Counted from the first letter of the stretch, positions 28,071 through 36,993 are shown. The stretch is 64,000 nt of DNA from Candidatus Dojkabacteria bacterium (GCA_050950145.1 JBMNHB010000001.1:140266-204265), one strand, 5' to 3'. Program-made: numbers and translations. Notes: a model not told the origin generated them from the letters alone.

Positions 28071-28640
28071 ATGAAAAAAGGATTACCAACATGGGCAATA
28101 ATTGTCGGTATCATTGTAGTTGTAGGAGGATTTCTCCTTTCTACTCACAATAGACTTGTACAAGCCAATGAAGAAGTAGATAACCAGTGGGCACAGGTTG
28201 AGAGTCAATATCAAAGAAGATTTGACTTAATTCCTAACTTGGTTGAATCTGTTAAGGGAGCTATGGCTCAAGAAGAGGAAGTTTTCTCTAAGATTGCAGA
28301 AGCTAGAACAAGATACTCATCAGCAGAAACGAGTAGTGAGAAAGCAGAAGCAGCTACAGAAGTTGAGGGTGCACTTGCTAGATTACTTGTTGTTATAGAA
28401 AACTATCCAGAACTTAAATCTCTAGAAACAGTTGACACATTAATGTCTCAGTTAGAGGGTACAGAGAATAGAATTGCTGTTGAAAGACAGAGATACAATG
28501 ATCAGGTAAAAGAATTTAACTCAGATGTTAAAACAATTCCAACTAAATGGATTGCATCTATGTTTGGATTTGAAGAGAAAGCATATTTTGAATCAGTAGA
28601 AGGTTCAGAAGTTGCTCCTAAGGTTGATTTAACTAATTAA
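28071..28640 (+). CDS. lemA: LemA family protein
   Basis: N-terminal TM and the LemA signature (HNRLVQANEEVDNQWAQVESQYQRRFDLIPNLVE). Confidence 0.85.
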   Translation: MKKGLPTWAIIVGIIVVVGGFLLSTHNRLVQANEEVDNQWAQVESQYQRRFDLIPNLVESVKGAMAQEEEVFSKIAEARTRYSSAETSSEKAEAATEVEGALARLLVVIENYPELKSLETVDTLMSQLEGTENRIAVERQRYNDQVKEFNSDVKTIPTKWIASMFGFEEKAYFESVEGSEVAPKVDLTN

Positions 28641-28650
28641 ACAATCTTAA

Positions 28651-29394
28651 ATGAAAATTAAAAATATTGTAATATCTTTTGTACTTCTTTTGTTGTTTGC
28701 AACACCTGTTGTAGCCTACTACGATTTGGGCTCTCCAGAAGGATATGTTAATGACTATACTAATACTCTTACATATGAACAGAAGGATGCATTAGAGAGT
28801 AAGATTTTCACATTTGAGCAGGAGAGTACAAATGAGATTGCTGTTGTAATCATTGATAGTATGAAAGGTGATTACATTGAGAATTTTGCAGTAAAACTTT
28901 TTGAAAGCTGGGGGATTGGGAAAGAGAAAGAAGATAATGGGGTATTAATACTTGTTTCAATGAGTGAAAGACAGATGAGGATTGAAGTAGGATATGGTTT
29001 AGAAGGTTCTCTTACAGATGCTCAGGCTAGTTGGATTATTAAGAATGTAATGGTTCCTAATTTTAAGGAGAATGGATATTATGAAGGTATTGATGGTAGT
29101 GTAGATAAAATTATTGCAATAACTAAAGGGGAATTTGAAGTACCAGAAGAAAAGAATGTTAGGCCATTTATAACTCCCATTGTTATAGCCATCATTATTT
29201 TAGGAGTAATCATAGCTCTCACAATTCAAAAAAAGAAGTATCCTAATTTGGGGAGGTGGAATACAGATAGCAATTCTTCCTTTTCATCTAGTAGTTGGAG
29301 TAGTAGTTCTAGTTCTAGTAGTAGCTCCGGCAGTAGTTCTAGTAGCTTTGGAGATGGAAGCTCTGGAGGAGGTGGTGCTAGTGGAAGTTGGTAG
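28651..29394 (+). CDS. TPM-domain protein with a C-terminal TM and Ser/Gly-rich tail
   Basis: YVNDYTNTLTYEQKDALESKI...NEIAVVIIDSM...GVLILVSMSERQMRIEVGYGLEG is the TPM/TLP18.3 fold signature. The tail is SSSWSSSSSSSSSSGSSSSSFGDGSSGGGG. This is the conserved LemA-TPM pair. Confidence 0.8.
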   Translation: MKIKNIVISFVLLLLFATPVVAYYDLGSPEGYVNDYTNTLTYEQKDALESKIFTFEQESTNEIAVVIIDSMKGDYIENFAVKLFESWGIGKEKEDNGVLILVSMSERQMRIEVGYGLEGSLTDAQASWIIKNVMVPNFKENGYYEGIDGSVDKIIAITKGEFEVPEEKNVRPFITPIVIAIIILGVIIALTIQKKKYPNLGRWNTDSNSSFSSSSWSSSSSSSSSSGSSSSSFGDGSSGGGGASGSW

Positions 29395-29998
29395 TTTTAG
29401 AAAAGGTATTCTTAAACGAGATTTCTTTCTTCAAGATATATTTGTTGTACTTAGAGAATTGTTGGGAAAAGTATTAATTCATCAAGAAGGGGATATTGTT
29501 ACAGGAGGAAGAATAATTGAGGTAGAGGCATATCCAGGAGGAGAAGATAAAGGATCGCATACATACCTCAACAAGAGAACACCTAGAACAGAAGTTCAAT
29601 TTGGAGTAGGTGGACATGCATATATCTATACTGTTCATACTCATCATCTTCTGAATATTGTTGTAGGTGAGGAAGGTAAACCAGGAGCTGTTTTAATACG
29701 GGCAATAGAACCAATGTATGGTATTGATAATATGAAAGAGAGAAGAGGTATGGAAGATTTAAAGTCTCTTACAAATGGTCCTGGTAAGTTTACACAAGCT
29801 ATGAATATTACAAAATTATTGAATGGTATAGATCTTTGTAATAATAATTCTGAATTATTTTTAATAGATGATGGTTTTAAGGTTAGAGAAAAAGATATTG
29901 TTAAAACTAAAAGAGTAGGTATTGATTATGCAGAAGAGTTTAGAGATGTACCTTGGAGATGGTATTTGAAAGATAATATGTTTGTTAGTAGGGTGTAG
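29348..29998 (+). CDS. mpg: DNA-3-methyladenine glycosylase (Mpg/AAG family)
   Basis: LLGKVLIHQ...GGRIIEVEAYPGGEDKGSHTY...GGHAYIYTVHTHHLLNIVV...GAVLIRAIEP matches methylpurine glycosylase. The true start is uncertain; the listed ORF overlaps the TPM gene by 47 nt. Confidence 0.75.
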   Translation: MEMEALEEVVLVEVGSFRKGILKRDFFLQDIFVVLRELLGKVLIHQEGDIVTGGRIIEVEAYPGGEDKGSHTYLNKRTPRTEVQFGVGGHAYIYTVHTHHLLNIVVGEEGKPGAVLIRAIEPMYGIDNMKERRGMEDLKSLTNGPGKFTQAMNITKLLNGIDLCNNNSELFLIDDGFKVREKDIVKTKRVGIDYAEEFRDVPWRWYLKDNMFVSRV

Positions 29999-30046
29999 TA
30001 GAATTTAAAGAAGTAAGTACAAAATATACTAAGTTCAATTAGGTCT

Positions 30047-30913
30047 TTACCTCATACACAAAGCTCCCTCTCTAACCCAAGAATATGCAACAGTACCATC
30101 TTGAAATACTACTAACTGTCTAACAAAATCTTTCTTAGGGTCATGTTTGGTTACATAATCAGTATATCTCAAAATATTTCCTTTGTAATCAAAAACACCC
30201 CCTCCCCATACATGTCCATGACACATTTTTGCATTTCTCCTTAACCATATACGTATTCCCAGTAAGTTCAATATGGATGGTGTAAATTCACTTCTACTAC
30301 CATCGGGATGTCCAATTGGCCATGAAGTAATATTATTTATTCCCATTCTAATTAGAGCATGTACAGCCTCTTCATATTTTTTTGCACTATTGACACCATC
30401 TTTTCTCAAGAGTAAGGTACCTCTTACTCCTAATCCATGTTTCTCCACATTATGAACAATCTTTTCAAACTTAGGATAGCTTTTAATGTTGTATGTCTCA
30501 GCTTGTTTCTTCTCATCTACATCATGTATTGATATTGCAACATTGTTTAACCCTAATTCTCTCCATGTATCTAAATATCTATCACAGAACTCTTCATTTC
30601 CAAGTAAAATACCATTAGAAAAAAGATTTACATTTGGAAAATATGCTCCTTGATCTGCACATTTCTTGTATATTTTCAAAGCATTAGTAAGAGCATCTGG
30701 ATCTGTTGTTGGTTCTCCACTTGAAGTTAGTGATAGAGACCAACCACCATATCTTGCTGATAATTTTATTGCTGATTCCAAATTTTTATCATATAGCTTA
30801 TTTATCTTTGCCTGTGGTCTTAAATATTTACCAGCACAAAAGTCACAGTTCGCATTACATGAACCACACCCAACTAGTGCAGAGACACTGTATATTTTTT
30901 CAATACATGCCAT
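30047..30913 (-). CDS. Radical SAM protein of unknown function
   Basis: N-terminal CGSCNANCDFC (C-x3-C-x2-C) and a glycine-rich SAM motif (SLSLTSSGEPTTDP). 288 aa. Immediately downstream of nrdR on the same strand. Confidence 0.7.
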   Translation of the reverse strand: MACIEKIYSVSALVGCGSCNANCDFCAGKYLRPQAKINKLYDKNLESAIKLSARYGGWSLSLTSSGEPTTDPDALTNALKIYKKCADQGAYFPNVNLFSNGILLGNEEFCDRYLDTWRELGLNNVAISIHDVDEKKQAETYNIKSYPKFEKIVHNVEKHGLGVRGTLLLRKDGVNSAKKYEEAVHALIRMGINNITSWPIGHPDGSRSEFTPSILNLLGIRIWLRRNAKMCHGHVWGGGVFDYKGNILRYTDYVTKHDPKKDFVRQLVVFQDGTVAYSWVREGALCMR

Positions 30914-30930
30914 ATTTATTGATTAATTAA

Positions 30931-30960
30931 TTTATTTATTTATTTATTTATTTATTTATT
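30931..30960. repeat. Tetranucleotide simple sequence repeat (TTTA)x7.5
   Basis: TTTATTTATTTATTTATTTATTTATTTATT read directly. It lies 18-47 nt upstream of the radical SAM start codon, which is on the minus strand. Confidence 0.9.
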
Positions 30961-31058
30961 AACCAATGATAACCATGTCTTCCAATGAATGATATATAGA
31001 TGGGTGGATGGGTTTTGAAAGTAGTAAAGGTTAGAAAATGAGTTTTGAAAACAAAACT

Positions 31059-31556
31059 TTACTTATTCTCTTCTGTTATATGACTACATCTTGCTATATA
31101 GTTCTGAAGAATTTCCTGAAGTTCTTTCTTCTCTTTGTCATTTTTTAAGAAGTAAGAGATATAGTTCATAGCAGCACCCATATTTTTTTGTACAAGTATA
31201 CATACTGTAATATCAAACAACTCTTGGGTACTGATTTCTTTAAGATTTTTTGCAATAATGATTTTTTCTACTTCTTCAGTACAAATTTTAGCATTAGTAG
31301 CACAATCTCCTGTGTCTGCATTTTTTTGTTTTAGAAAAGAACTTAAGATACTACTGAAAAGTTTTTCGTGTGAGTATTTCTGTTTTGAAGAATTTCTTTT
31401 CTTAACTATTATATAGTCTAGATTAACACTTTCATATGTAGTGAATGTATTAAGACAGTGTATACATTTCCTTCTTCTCCATGTAGCATATCCAGAAAAT
31501 GTTTCTCTTGAATTTGTTACAACCATTTCCTGACTATTACAAAATGGACATTTCAT
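31059..31556 (-). CDS. nrdR: Transcriptional repressor NrdR
   Basis: MKCPFCNSQEMVVTNSRE...RRRKCIHCLNTFTTYE zinc ribbon followed by an ATP-cone domain. Confidence 0.9.
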   Translation of the reverse strand: MKCPFCNSQEMVVTNSRETFSGYATWRRRKCIHCLNTFTTYESVNLDYIIVKKRNSSKQKYSHEKLFSSILSSFLKQKNADTGDCATNAKICTEEVEKIIIAKNLKEISTQELFDITVCILVQKNMGAAMNYISYFLKNDKEKKELQEILQNYIARCSHITEENK

Positions 31557-31611
31557 TAGCCTATGGATATATCTTAATACCTAATTATACCTAAAAATAG
31601 TATAATATACT

Positions 31612-32259
31612 ATGACAAAGTTTGACATAATAACAATATTTCCTAAAACAATAGAGGAATATATAAATACAGGAATAATAAGAATAGCAAGAGAAAAAGG
31701 TCTTGTTAAAATTAATGTTCATGATCTAAGAAAATGGGCTACTGATAGACACAAAACAGTAGATGATACACCATACGGAGGTGGTCCAGGTATGATAATG
31801 AAGGTAGAGCCAATATACAAAGCTATCCAAGAATTAAAGAAGGAAAACACTTTAGTTGCAATTACAACACCAAAAGGAGAACAACTTAAACAAAAAAAGT
31901 TAGTAGAATTTTCCAAAGAAAAAGACTTACATATGATAATTCTTTGTGGAAGATATGAAGGTTTTGATCAGAGGATACATGATCACTTAGTAGACTATGA
32001 ATTTTCAGTAGGGGAGTATGTTCTCTCTGGAGGAGAGTTACCTGCTTTAGTCTTGGTAGATGGCATAACAAGACTAATTTCAGGAGTATTAGGTAATGAA
32101 TCTTCATTAGAAAATGAATCATTCAATAATGATATGTTAGAATATCCTCAATATACAAAACCAGAAGTATTCAACAAATGGTCTGTTCCAAAAGTACTTT
32201 TATCAGGTAATCATAAAGAGATTGAAAATTTCAGAAAAAAAGGGCAGAAAATGGTATAA
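31612..32259 (+). CDS. trmD: tRNA (guanine37-N1)-methyltransferase
   Basis: FDIITIFP...TPYGGGPGMIMKVEPI matches TrmD (SPOUT fold). Confidence 0.95.
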   Translation: MTKFDIITIFPKTIEEYINTGIIRIAREKGLVKINVHDLRKWATDRHKTVDDTPYGGGPGMIMKVEPIYKAIQELKKENTLVAITTPKGEQLKQKKLVEFSKEKDLHMIILCGRYEGFDQRIHDHLVDYEFSVGEYVLSGGELPALVLVDGITRLISGVLGNESSLENESFNNDMLEYPQYTKPEVFNKWSVPKVLLSGNHKEIENFRKKGQKMV

Positions 32260-32312
32260 TGCTCCATACCTAAAAAGTAGGTATTTCCAGAAAGTATCTT
32301 AATTGTATTTTT

Positions 32313-32786
32313 ATGAATATGAAGAATAATAATAACAAGGTCATAATATCTAAAGATAAGTTTAATGAACTAAAAGAAAAACTTAGGGTTCTAATTAAGA
32401 GAAAGAAAGAGTTAGGTAAGAACCTAGAACAAGCTAGGTTAAGTGATGTAAGTGAGGATACTGATGCAATCAATGCAGTAGTTAATGAGATGCAGCATAT
32501 AGAGCAGGAAATGCTTGAAACAGAAAATACTATATCAAATTCTGAGATATTAAAGAAATCATCTTCTAAGAGTAAGATACAGATAGGATCAGAGGTGAAA
32601 GTGAAAGTAAATGGTAAGACAGTTACATATATAATTGTTTCTGATGTAGAAGCAGATCCACTACAAAACAAAATTTCTGACAGTTCTCCAGTGGGTGAAG
32701 CTTTGATGAAAGCTAAGAAGGGTAGTAAAGTTAAAGTGGAAGTAGGAGATAAAATAGTTGAATATGAGATTTTAGATATCTCCTAA
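32313..32786 (+). CDS. GreA/GreB-family transcription factor, second paralog
   Basis: Same two-domain layout as greA at 26213-26674. The tip motif is ARLSDVSEDTDAINAV and the C-terminal FKBP-like domain reads IGSEVKVKVNGK...VEVGDKIVEYEI. Confidence 0.7.
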   Translation: MNMKNNNNKVIISKDKFNELKEKLRVLIKRKKELGKNLEQARLSDVSEDTDAINAVVNEMQHIEQEMLETENTISNSEILKKSSSKSKIQIGSEVKVKVNGKTVTYIIVSDVEADPLQNKISDSSPVGEALMKAKKGSKVKVEVGDKIVEYEILDIS

Positions 32787-34096
32787 ACAATTATCTCATC
32801 TAAGTCTTCAATCTTTACTCTTTGTTGTTGCATGGTATCTCTATCTCGTACTGTAACAGTTCCATTTTCTAATGTTTCGTAATCAATTGTAATACAGTAA
32901 GGTGTTCCGATTTCATCCTGATATCTGTACCTCTTTCCAATATTACCTCTTCCATCCCATACAACTTTGTAAGAATCAGAAAGTAAATCAAAGACCTCTC
33001 TAGCTTTCTTTACAATATCTTCTTTATTTCCAACAAGTGGGAATATTGCAGCTTTGTATGCAGCAATATCTTTGTGTATTTTTAGTACAGTTCTCATATT
33101 TCCTTCTCCTAGATCTTCTTCCTCATACGCATCAAGAAGTAGATAGAGGAATGTTCTAGTAACACCTCCAGAAGTTTCTACAATATTAGGAATATATTTT
33201 TCGTTTGTAATAGGATCTGTATATGTCAAATCTGTTCCAGAGAACTTCATATGTTGAGTTAAATCATAATCACCTCTCCAGTGTATGCCTTCATTCTCAG
33301 CCCATCCCCATGGAGTTAAATATTCAATATCGTATGCATCTTTAGCATAAAATACTAATTTATCTTTTGGATGTTGATAGAATCTTAGATTGTCGTGTTT
33401 TCTGTAAAGCTCTTTATAGAATTTCATCCTTTCTTCTTTCCAATATTCAAAATATTTTCCCATATCATCAGGGTGTACAAAGAACTGTAAATCCCACTGT
33501 TCAAACTCTCTAGATCTAAAGGTGAATCTTCCAGGAGTCACCTCATTCCTAAAAGCTTTACCAATCTGTGCTATACCAAAAGGAATCTGTTGTCTTGTAC
33601 TATCTACAACATTCTTAAAGTTTAGATATATATTCTGACATGCCTCACCTCTTAGGTATGCTTTTACTTTAGATCCTTCAATTACACCAACCTCAGTTTG
33701 AAAAAGAAGATTATATGATCTTGGTTCAGTAAAATCTTTCTTACCACAATTTGGACATTTCTCTTCAATATCTTCTGGCCTAAATCTTTGGTGACAACCC
33801 TTACATTCAACAACCTCATCACCGAAATGATCTACATGTCCTGATGCTTCCCATACCTTAGGATGTGTAATGATAGTTCCATCAATTCCAACAACATTCT
33901 CTCTCTTATCAACCATATTCTTCCACCAATACCTCTTAAGATTGTTTAACATCTCAACACCTACAGGACCATAGTCATAGAAACCTCCTATACCACCATA
34001 TATTTCAGAGTTTGGATAAATTATTCCTCTTCTTTTACAAAGGGCAACTATATTGTCAAGTGTATTTTTATCTTCCATGGATTTATTATATATCAA
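32783..34096 (-). CDS. glyS: Glycyl-tRNA synthetase, alpha2 archaeal/eukaryotic type
   Basis: 437 aa; class II motifs, N-terminal LCKRRGIIYPNSEIYGGIGGFYDYGPVG and a C-terminal anticodon-binding domain. Confidence 0.9.
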   Translation of the reverse strand: MIYNKSMEDKNTLDNIVALCKRRGIIYPNSEIYGGIGGFYDYGPVGVEMLNNLKRYWWKNMVDKRENVVGIDGTIITHPKVWEASGHVDHFGDEVVECKGCHQRFRPEDIEEKCPNCGKKDFTEPRSYNLLFQTEVGVIEGSKVKAYLRGEACQNIYLNFKNVVDSTRQQIPFGIAQIGKAFRNEVTPGRFTFRSREFEQWDLQFFVHPDDMGKYFEYWKEERMKFYKELYRKHDNLRFYQHPKDKLVFYAKDAYDIEYLTPWGWAENEGIHWRGDYDLTQHMKFSGTDLTYTDPITNEKYIPNIVETSGGVTRTFLYLLLDAYEEEDLGEGNMRTVLKIHKDIAAYKAAIFPLVGNKEDIVKKAREVFDLLSDSYKVVWDGRGNIGKRYRYQDEIGTPYCITIDYETLENGTVTVRDRDTMQQQRVKIEDLDEIIV

Positions 34097-34140
34097 ATAT
34101 TTAACTAAACCAACAAAGGAGTTTAATCTTACTGTAAAGA

Positions 34141-35103
34141 TTAGTATGTTTCTGTAAGTTTTTCATAATCATAGTAGTTAGGAAAGGAAAAGCCTCTCCT
34201 GTCAGTTTTACAGTCATATGAAAGGTAGTGGAGAACCTCGTGTATATATGTTAGTTTATCATATATTTCTTCTTTGTTTAAGAAATGTTTATTTATTCCT
34301 AAAGCTAGAGTGGACAGAGCAGTTATTGCTAAAAGATATGGAAGCGTCTCTTTGTTTGCTTTTGCATATGTTAATGCTCCAGTTACTACCGCAGAGCATG
34401 TGTATACATTATTCATATATTGCCAAAATTTCGTTCTTTGAGTATTAATGTATATATAGCGGTCAGGGTAATTCATTTTACCTGCAACATATATTGGCTG
34501 TATTAAATCTTTGAGTTTTTTCTTAGGGGGCTTGTTCTCGTATTTTTTCTGTACACGATTTAAGGAAAAGGAGATAGTTGTAAGTAACTCAAACATTGAA
34601 GGAATATTGAACTTTTCTTGTAGAATGGCATTCACATCCCTAAAGTTTCCGCTTAGTCCAGCAACCTGCAATTTTTCTAACAACTCTATTGCATTATTAT
34701 ACCCGTTTTTTTCACCATAACCGTTTAAGAATGGTTGTATATTACATTCCCAGTAATGTGTGTTTTTGTTGAAAGCCCTTTCATTCTTTTGAAGGATTGT
34801 TAATGCTAGAGATTCTGTGGTTAATTCATCGAAAAACCATGTACCCATATTTAATATCCTTAAGGCTTCTTTTTCTGCTCCAGATTTCTCTCCTCCCTCT
34901 TCTTTGTTTGGGTTATATTCTCTCTTAATATTGGTAACAGGTATATCAGGATGTTCTCTTTTTAATCTTTCTTTCAGATAATTAGGAAAGTAGTATGGTA
35001 GTGCATCTACAACTCTCTCAACATATCCAGGTTCAAAAAATTCTGGAATACCTTCCTCTCTTTCATATACATATTCATTTTCTGGTGTAATTTCTGTTTC
35101 CAT
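34141..35103 (-). CDS. Hypothetical protein with a C-terminal HExxH motif (tandem paralog A)
   Basis: 320 aa. Conserved acidic N-terminus ENEYVYEREEGIPEFFEPGYVERVV; HEVLH at 34228-34242, followed by a conserved C-terminal tail. Confidence 0.5.
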   Translation of the reverse strand: METEITPENEYVYEREEGIPEFFEPGYVERVVDALPYYFPNYLKERLKREHPDIPVTNIKREYNPNKEEGGEKSGAEKEALRILNMGTWFFDELTTESLALTILQKNERAFNKNTHYWECNIQPFLNGYGEKNGYNNAIELLEKLQVAGLSGNFRDVNAILQEKFNIPSMFELLTTISFSLNRVQKKYENKPPKKKLKDLIQPIYVAGKMNYPDRYIYINTQRTKFWQYMNNVYTCSAVVTGALTYAKANKETLPYLLAITALSTLALGINKHFLNKEEIYDKLTYIHEVLHYLSYDCKTDRRGFSFPNYYDYEKLTETY

Positions 35104-35105
35104 AT

Positions 35106-35882
35106 TTAGTATATTTCTTTTAATTTTTGAAAATCTTTTAAAGTTTCAAATGTAAAACCACTTCTTGGTATATCTTCCTCTCCCTCTATGCTTAAATAGT
35201 GTAATATCTCATGTATGTATATCTCCTTTTTGTAACAATCATCTATTCCTTCCATATCTTGACTAATATACATTTGAATACGATCTTTATTTTTAATTAA
35301 ACAACCCCAGATAACTCTTGTCTCATATTCATTAGAGTCAATCTCTTTATTATTCTTACTTAAATTTTTCCCATACGAATACACGATATCGTATAAGTTA
35401 GGTTGATTTAATCTCTCTAACTTCTCATTTGCATATTTAAAATCTCCGCTCAAAAAAGCAATCTCTAGAATTTCTATCGTCCTCTGGTCATAAATTTTTT
35501 GTAAAGCTTCTAAGTCTTTTTGATATCCAATACTATTCTGTATGTTTTCACCGTTCATTCGTAAAGATGTTAATGCAAGGTGTGTAATTAATATTTCTGC
35601 TAAGTGTCGAGAACCTGCAGATAGGTAGAAGAAATCGTCCTTTTTACTTTCTCTCCTATTATCATAGCGATTCTTTTGTTCTTCGTTAATCTGTTTAAAA
35701 ATATTAGGATCAGTTAAAATCTCTATATCAGGATTTTCTATTTTAAGATAAATTTTAAGTTCTTCTGGAATATATGGGGGAAGCATATTTATAACTCTTT
35801 CAACATATCCAGGTTCAAAAAATTCTGGGACACTTTCGTCTCTTTCATACACATATTCATTTTCTAATGGTATGTTTTCCAT
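35106..35882 (-). CDS. Hypothetical protein with a C-terminal HExxH motif (tandem paralog B)
   Basis: 258 aa. N-terminus ENEYVYERDESVPEFFEPGYVERVI; HEILH at 35199-35213. Lies 2 nt upstream of paralog A. Confidence 0.5.
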   Translation of the reverse strand: MENIPLENEYVYERDESVPEFFEPGYVERVINMLPPYIPEELKIYLKIENPDIEILTDPNIFKQINEEQKNRYDNRRESKKDDFFYLSAGSRHLAEILITHLALTSLRMNGENIQNSIGYQKDLEALQKIYDQRTIEILEIAFLSGDFKYANEKLERLNQPNLYDIVYSYGKNLSKNNKEIDSNEYETRVIWGCLIKNKDRIQMYISQDMEGIDDCYKKEIYIHEILHYLSIEGEEDIPRSGFTFETLKDFQKLKEIY

Positions 35883-35990
35883 TTCAAAATATTTAAGGGC
35901 AGGAAATTAAAACTTTTATCATTATATCAATCTTTTATATTAATATCTATCTTTTCTTTAATCTTTCTAACTATTTTGATATATTAATAT

Positions 35991-36974
35991 ATGCCTAATG
36001 AAAATAATAAATCTGAAATAATTATCCCATCATGGTTGCTTTTTACTGTCTTTGGTATTTGGATATTAGCAATTCCATTATTAATATTTGTATTTACCAA
36101 TAATGAGGTTTCTTCAGCCAAGCCTGAAGTTTTAGGAATAGAGCAAGGACTAGTACGAGAACCAATAATTGTAGGGACTCAGCAAGAAGAAAAGAAACCG
36201 GAATCAACTCCAACAGTAGAAGAAGATATTATAGGAGAGTTAATTGTTGGAGTACCTTTGTATACACTATCAATATGTTACGAAGAGTATTGTCAATATT
36301 TTAATAATGATGATTTTAGAACTTTTTCAACAGGTAGAAGTTTAAATATAGAGAAGTTTAATGATTTCCTAAATACTCGTATTATTCCATTTTTTGAAAA
36401 GAAATATGGAGAGAAAACAATAGTGAAGAATAGTAAGGGAGAGTTTCTTGCAAAGTTAGAAGATGTGGAAATAGTATATTCAACAATCTACGATAAAATT
36501 AACAGTTCATTTATCAGTGGTGTTAAGAATATTAAGATAGATTTGGATTACAAAATATCTCCAGGAACAGATGGAAAATACGCTGAGAAATATATTGAGG
36601 TAGATAACTCACAACAAAGATTATATGTTTGGAATAAAGGAAAGGTAGAAAAGGTCATTCTGCTTTCTGGTCCTGTGTATGGATGGCAGGTATATGGGGT
36701 GTTTCCAATAGTAGATAAAGGAAGGGAACCAATCGCCCCTGGGGGTAAATATATGCCGTATTGGATGGCATTTTACTATAGTAAGAAACAAGATTCATGG
36801 TATGGTTTGCACGGCTTAATATGGAAGTATAGAGATGATGGTAGTAAATGGTTTGAACCAGTATCTAATATTGGTACTAGACAGAGTGCAGGGTGTATTA
36901 GAATGGTTCTTGAAGATGCTAAGTATCTCTATGAAAGATTTGAAAAAGGTGACCTCATTCTAATTCACGAATAG
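35991..36974 (+). CDS. L,D-transpeptidase (YkuD domain) with an N-terminal membrane anchor
   Basis: Catalytic motif HG...NIGTRQSAGCIRMV near the C-terminus. Confidence 0.8.
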   Translation: MPNENNKSEIIIPSWLLFTVFGIWILAIPLLIFVFTNNEVSSAKPEVLGIEQGLVREPIIVGTQQEEKKPESTPTVEEDIIGELIVGVPLYTLSICYEEYCQYFNNDDFRTFSTGRSLNIEKFNDFLNTRIIPFFEKKYGEKTIVKNSKGEFLAKLEDVEIVYSTIYDKINSSFISGVKNIKIDLDYKISPGTDGKYAEKYIEVDNSQQRLYVWNKGKVEKVILLSGPVYGWQVYGVFPIVDKGREPIAPGGKYMPYWMAFYYSKKQDSWYGLHGLIWKYRDDGSKWFEPVSNIGTRQSAGCIRMVLEDAKYLYERFEKGDLILIHE

Positions 36975-36993
36975 GGGCCCAATAATCTTTTTG

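Noticed and set aside
29280-29345. AGT/AGC trinucleotide repeat as an independent repeat element.
   Set aside because: It is the coding sequence of the poly-Ser C-terminal tail of the TPM-domain protein, not a non-coding repeat. Slippage here could still vary the tail length.
30047-30913. Viperin-like antiviral radical SAM (pVip).
   Set aside because: Similarity is limited to the generic CxxxCxxC radical SAM motif. The viperin-specific N..CNYKCGFCF context and C-terminal blocks are not evident.
30961-31058. NrdR-box operator between nrdR and the radical SAM gene (e.g. AATGATATATAGATGG at about 30986-31004).
   Set aside because: Only a weak AT-rich partial palindrome. It does not match the ACACwAtATaTwGTGT consensus well enough to call without a PWM scan.
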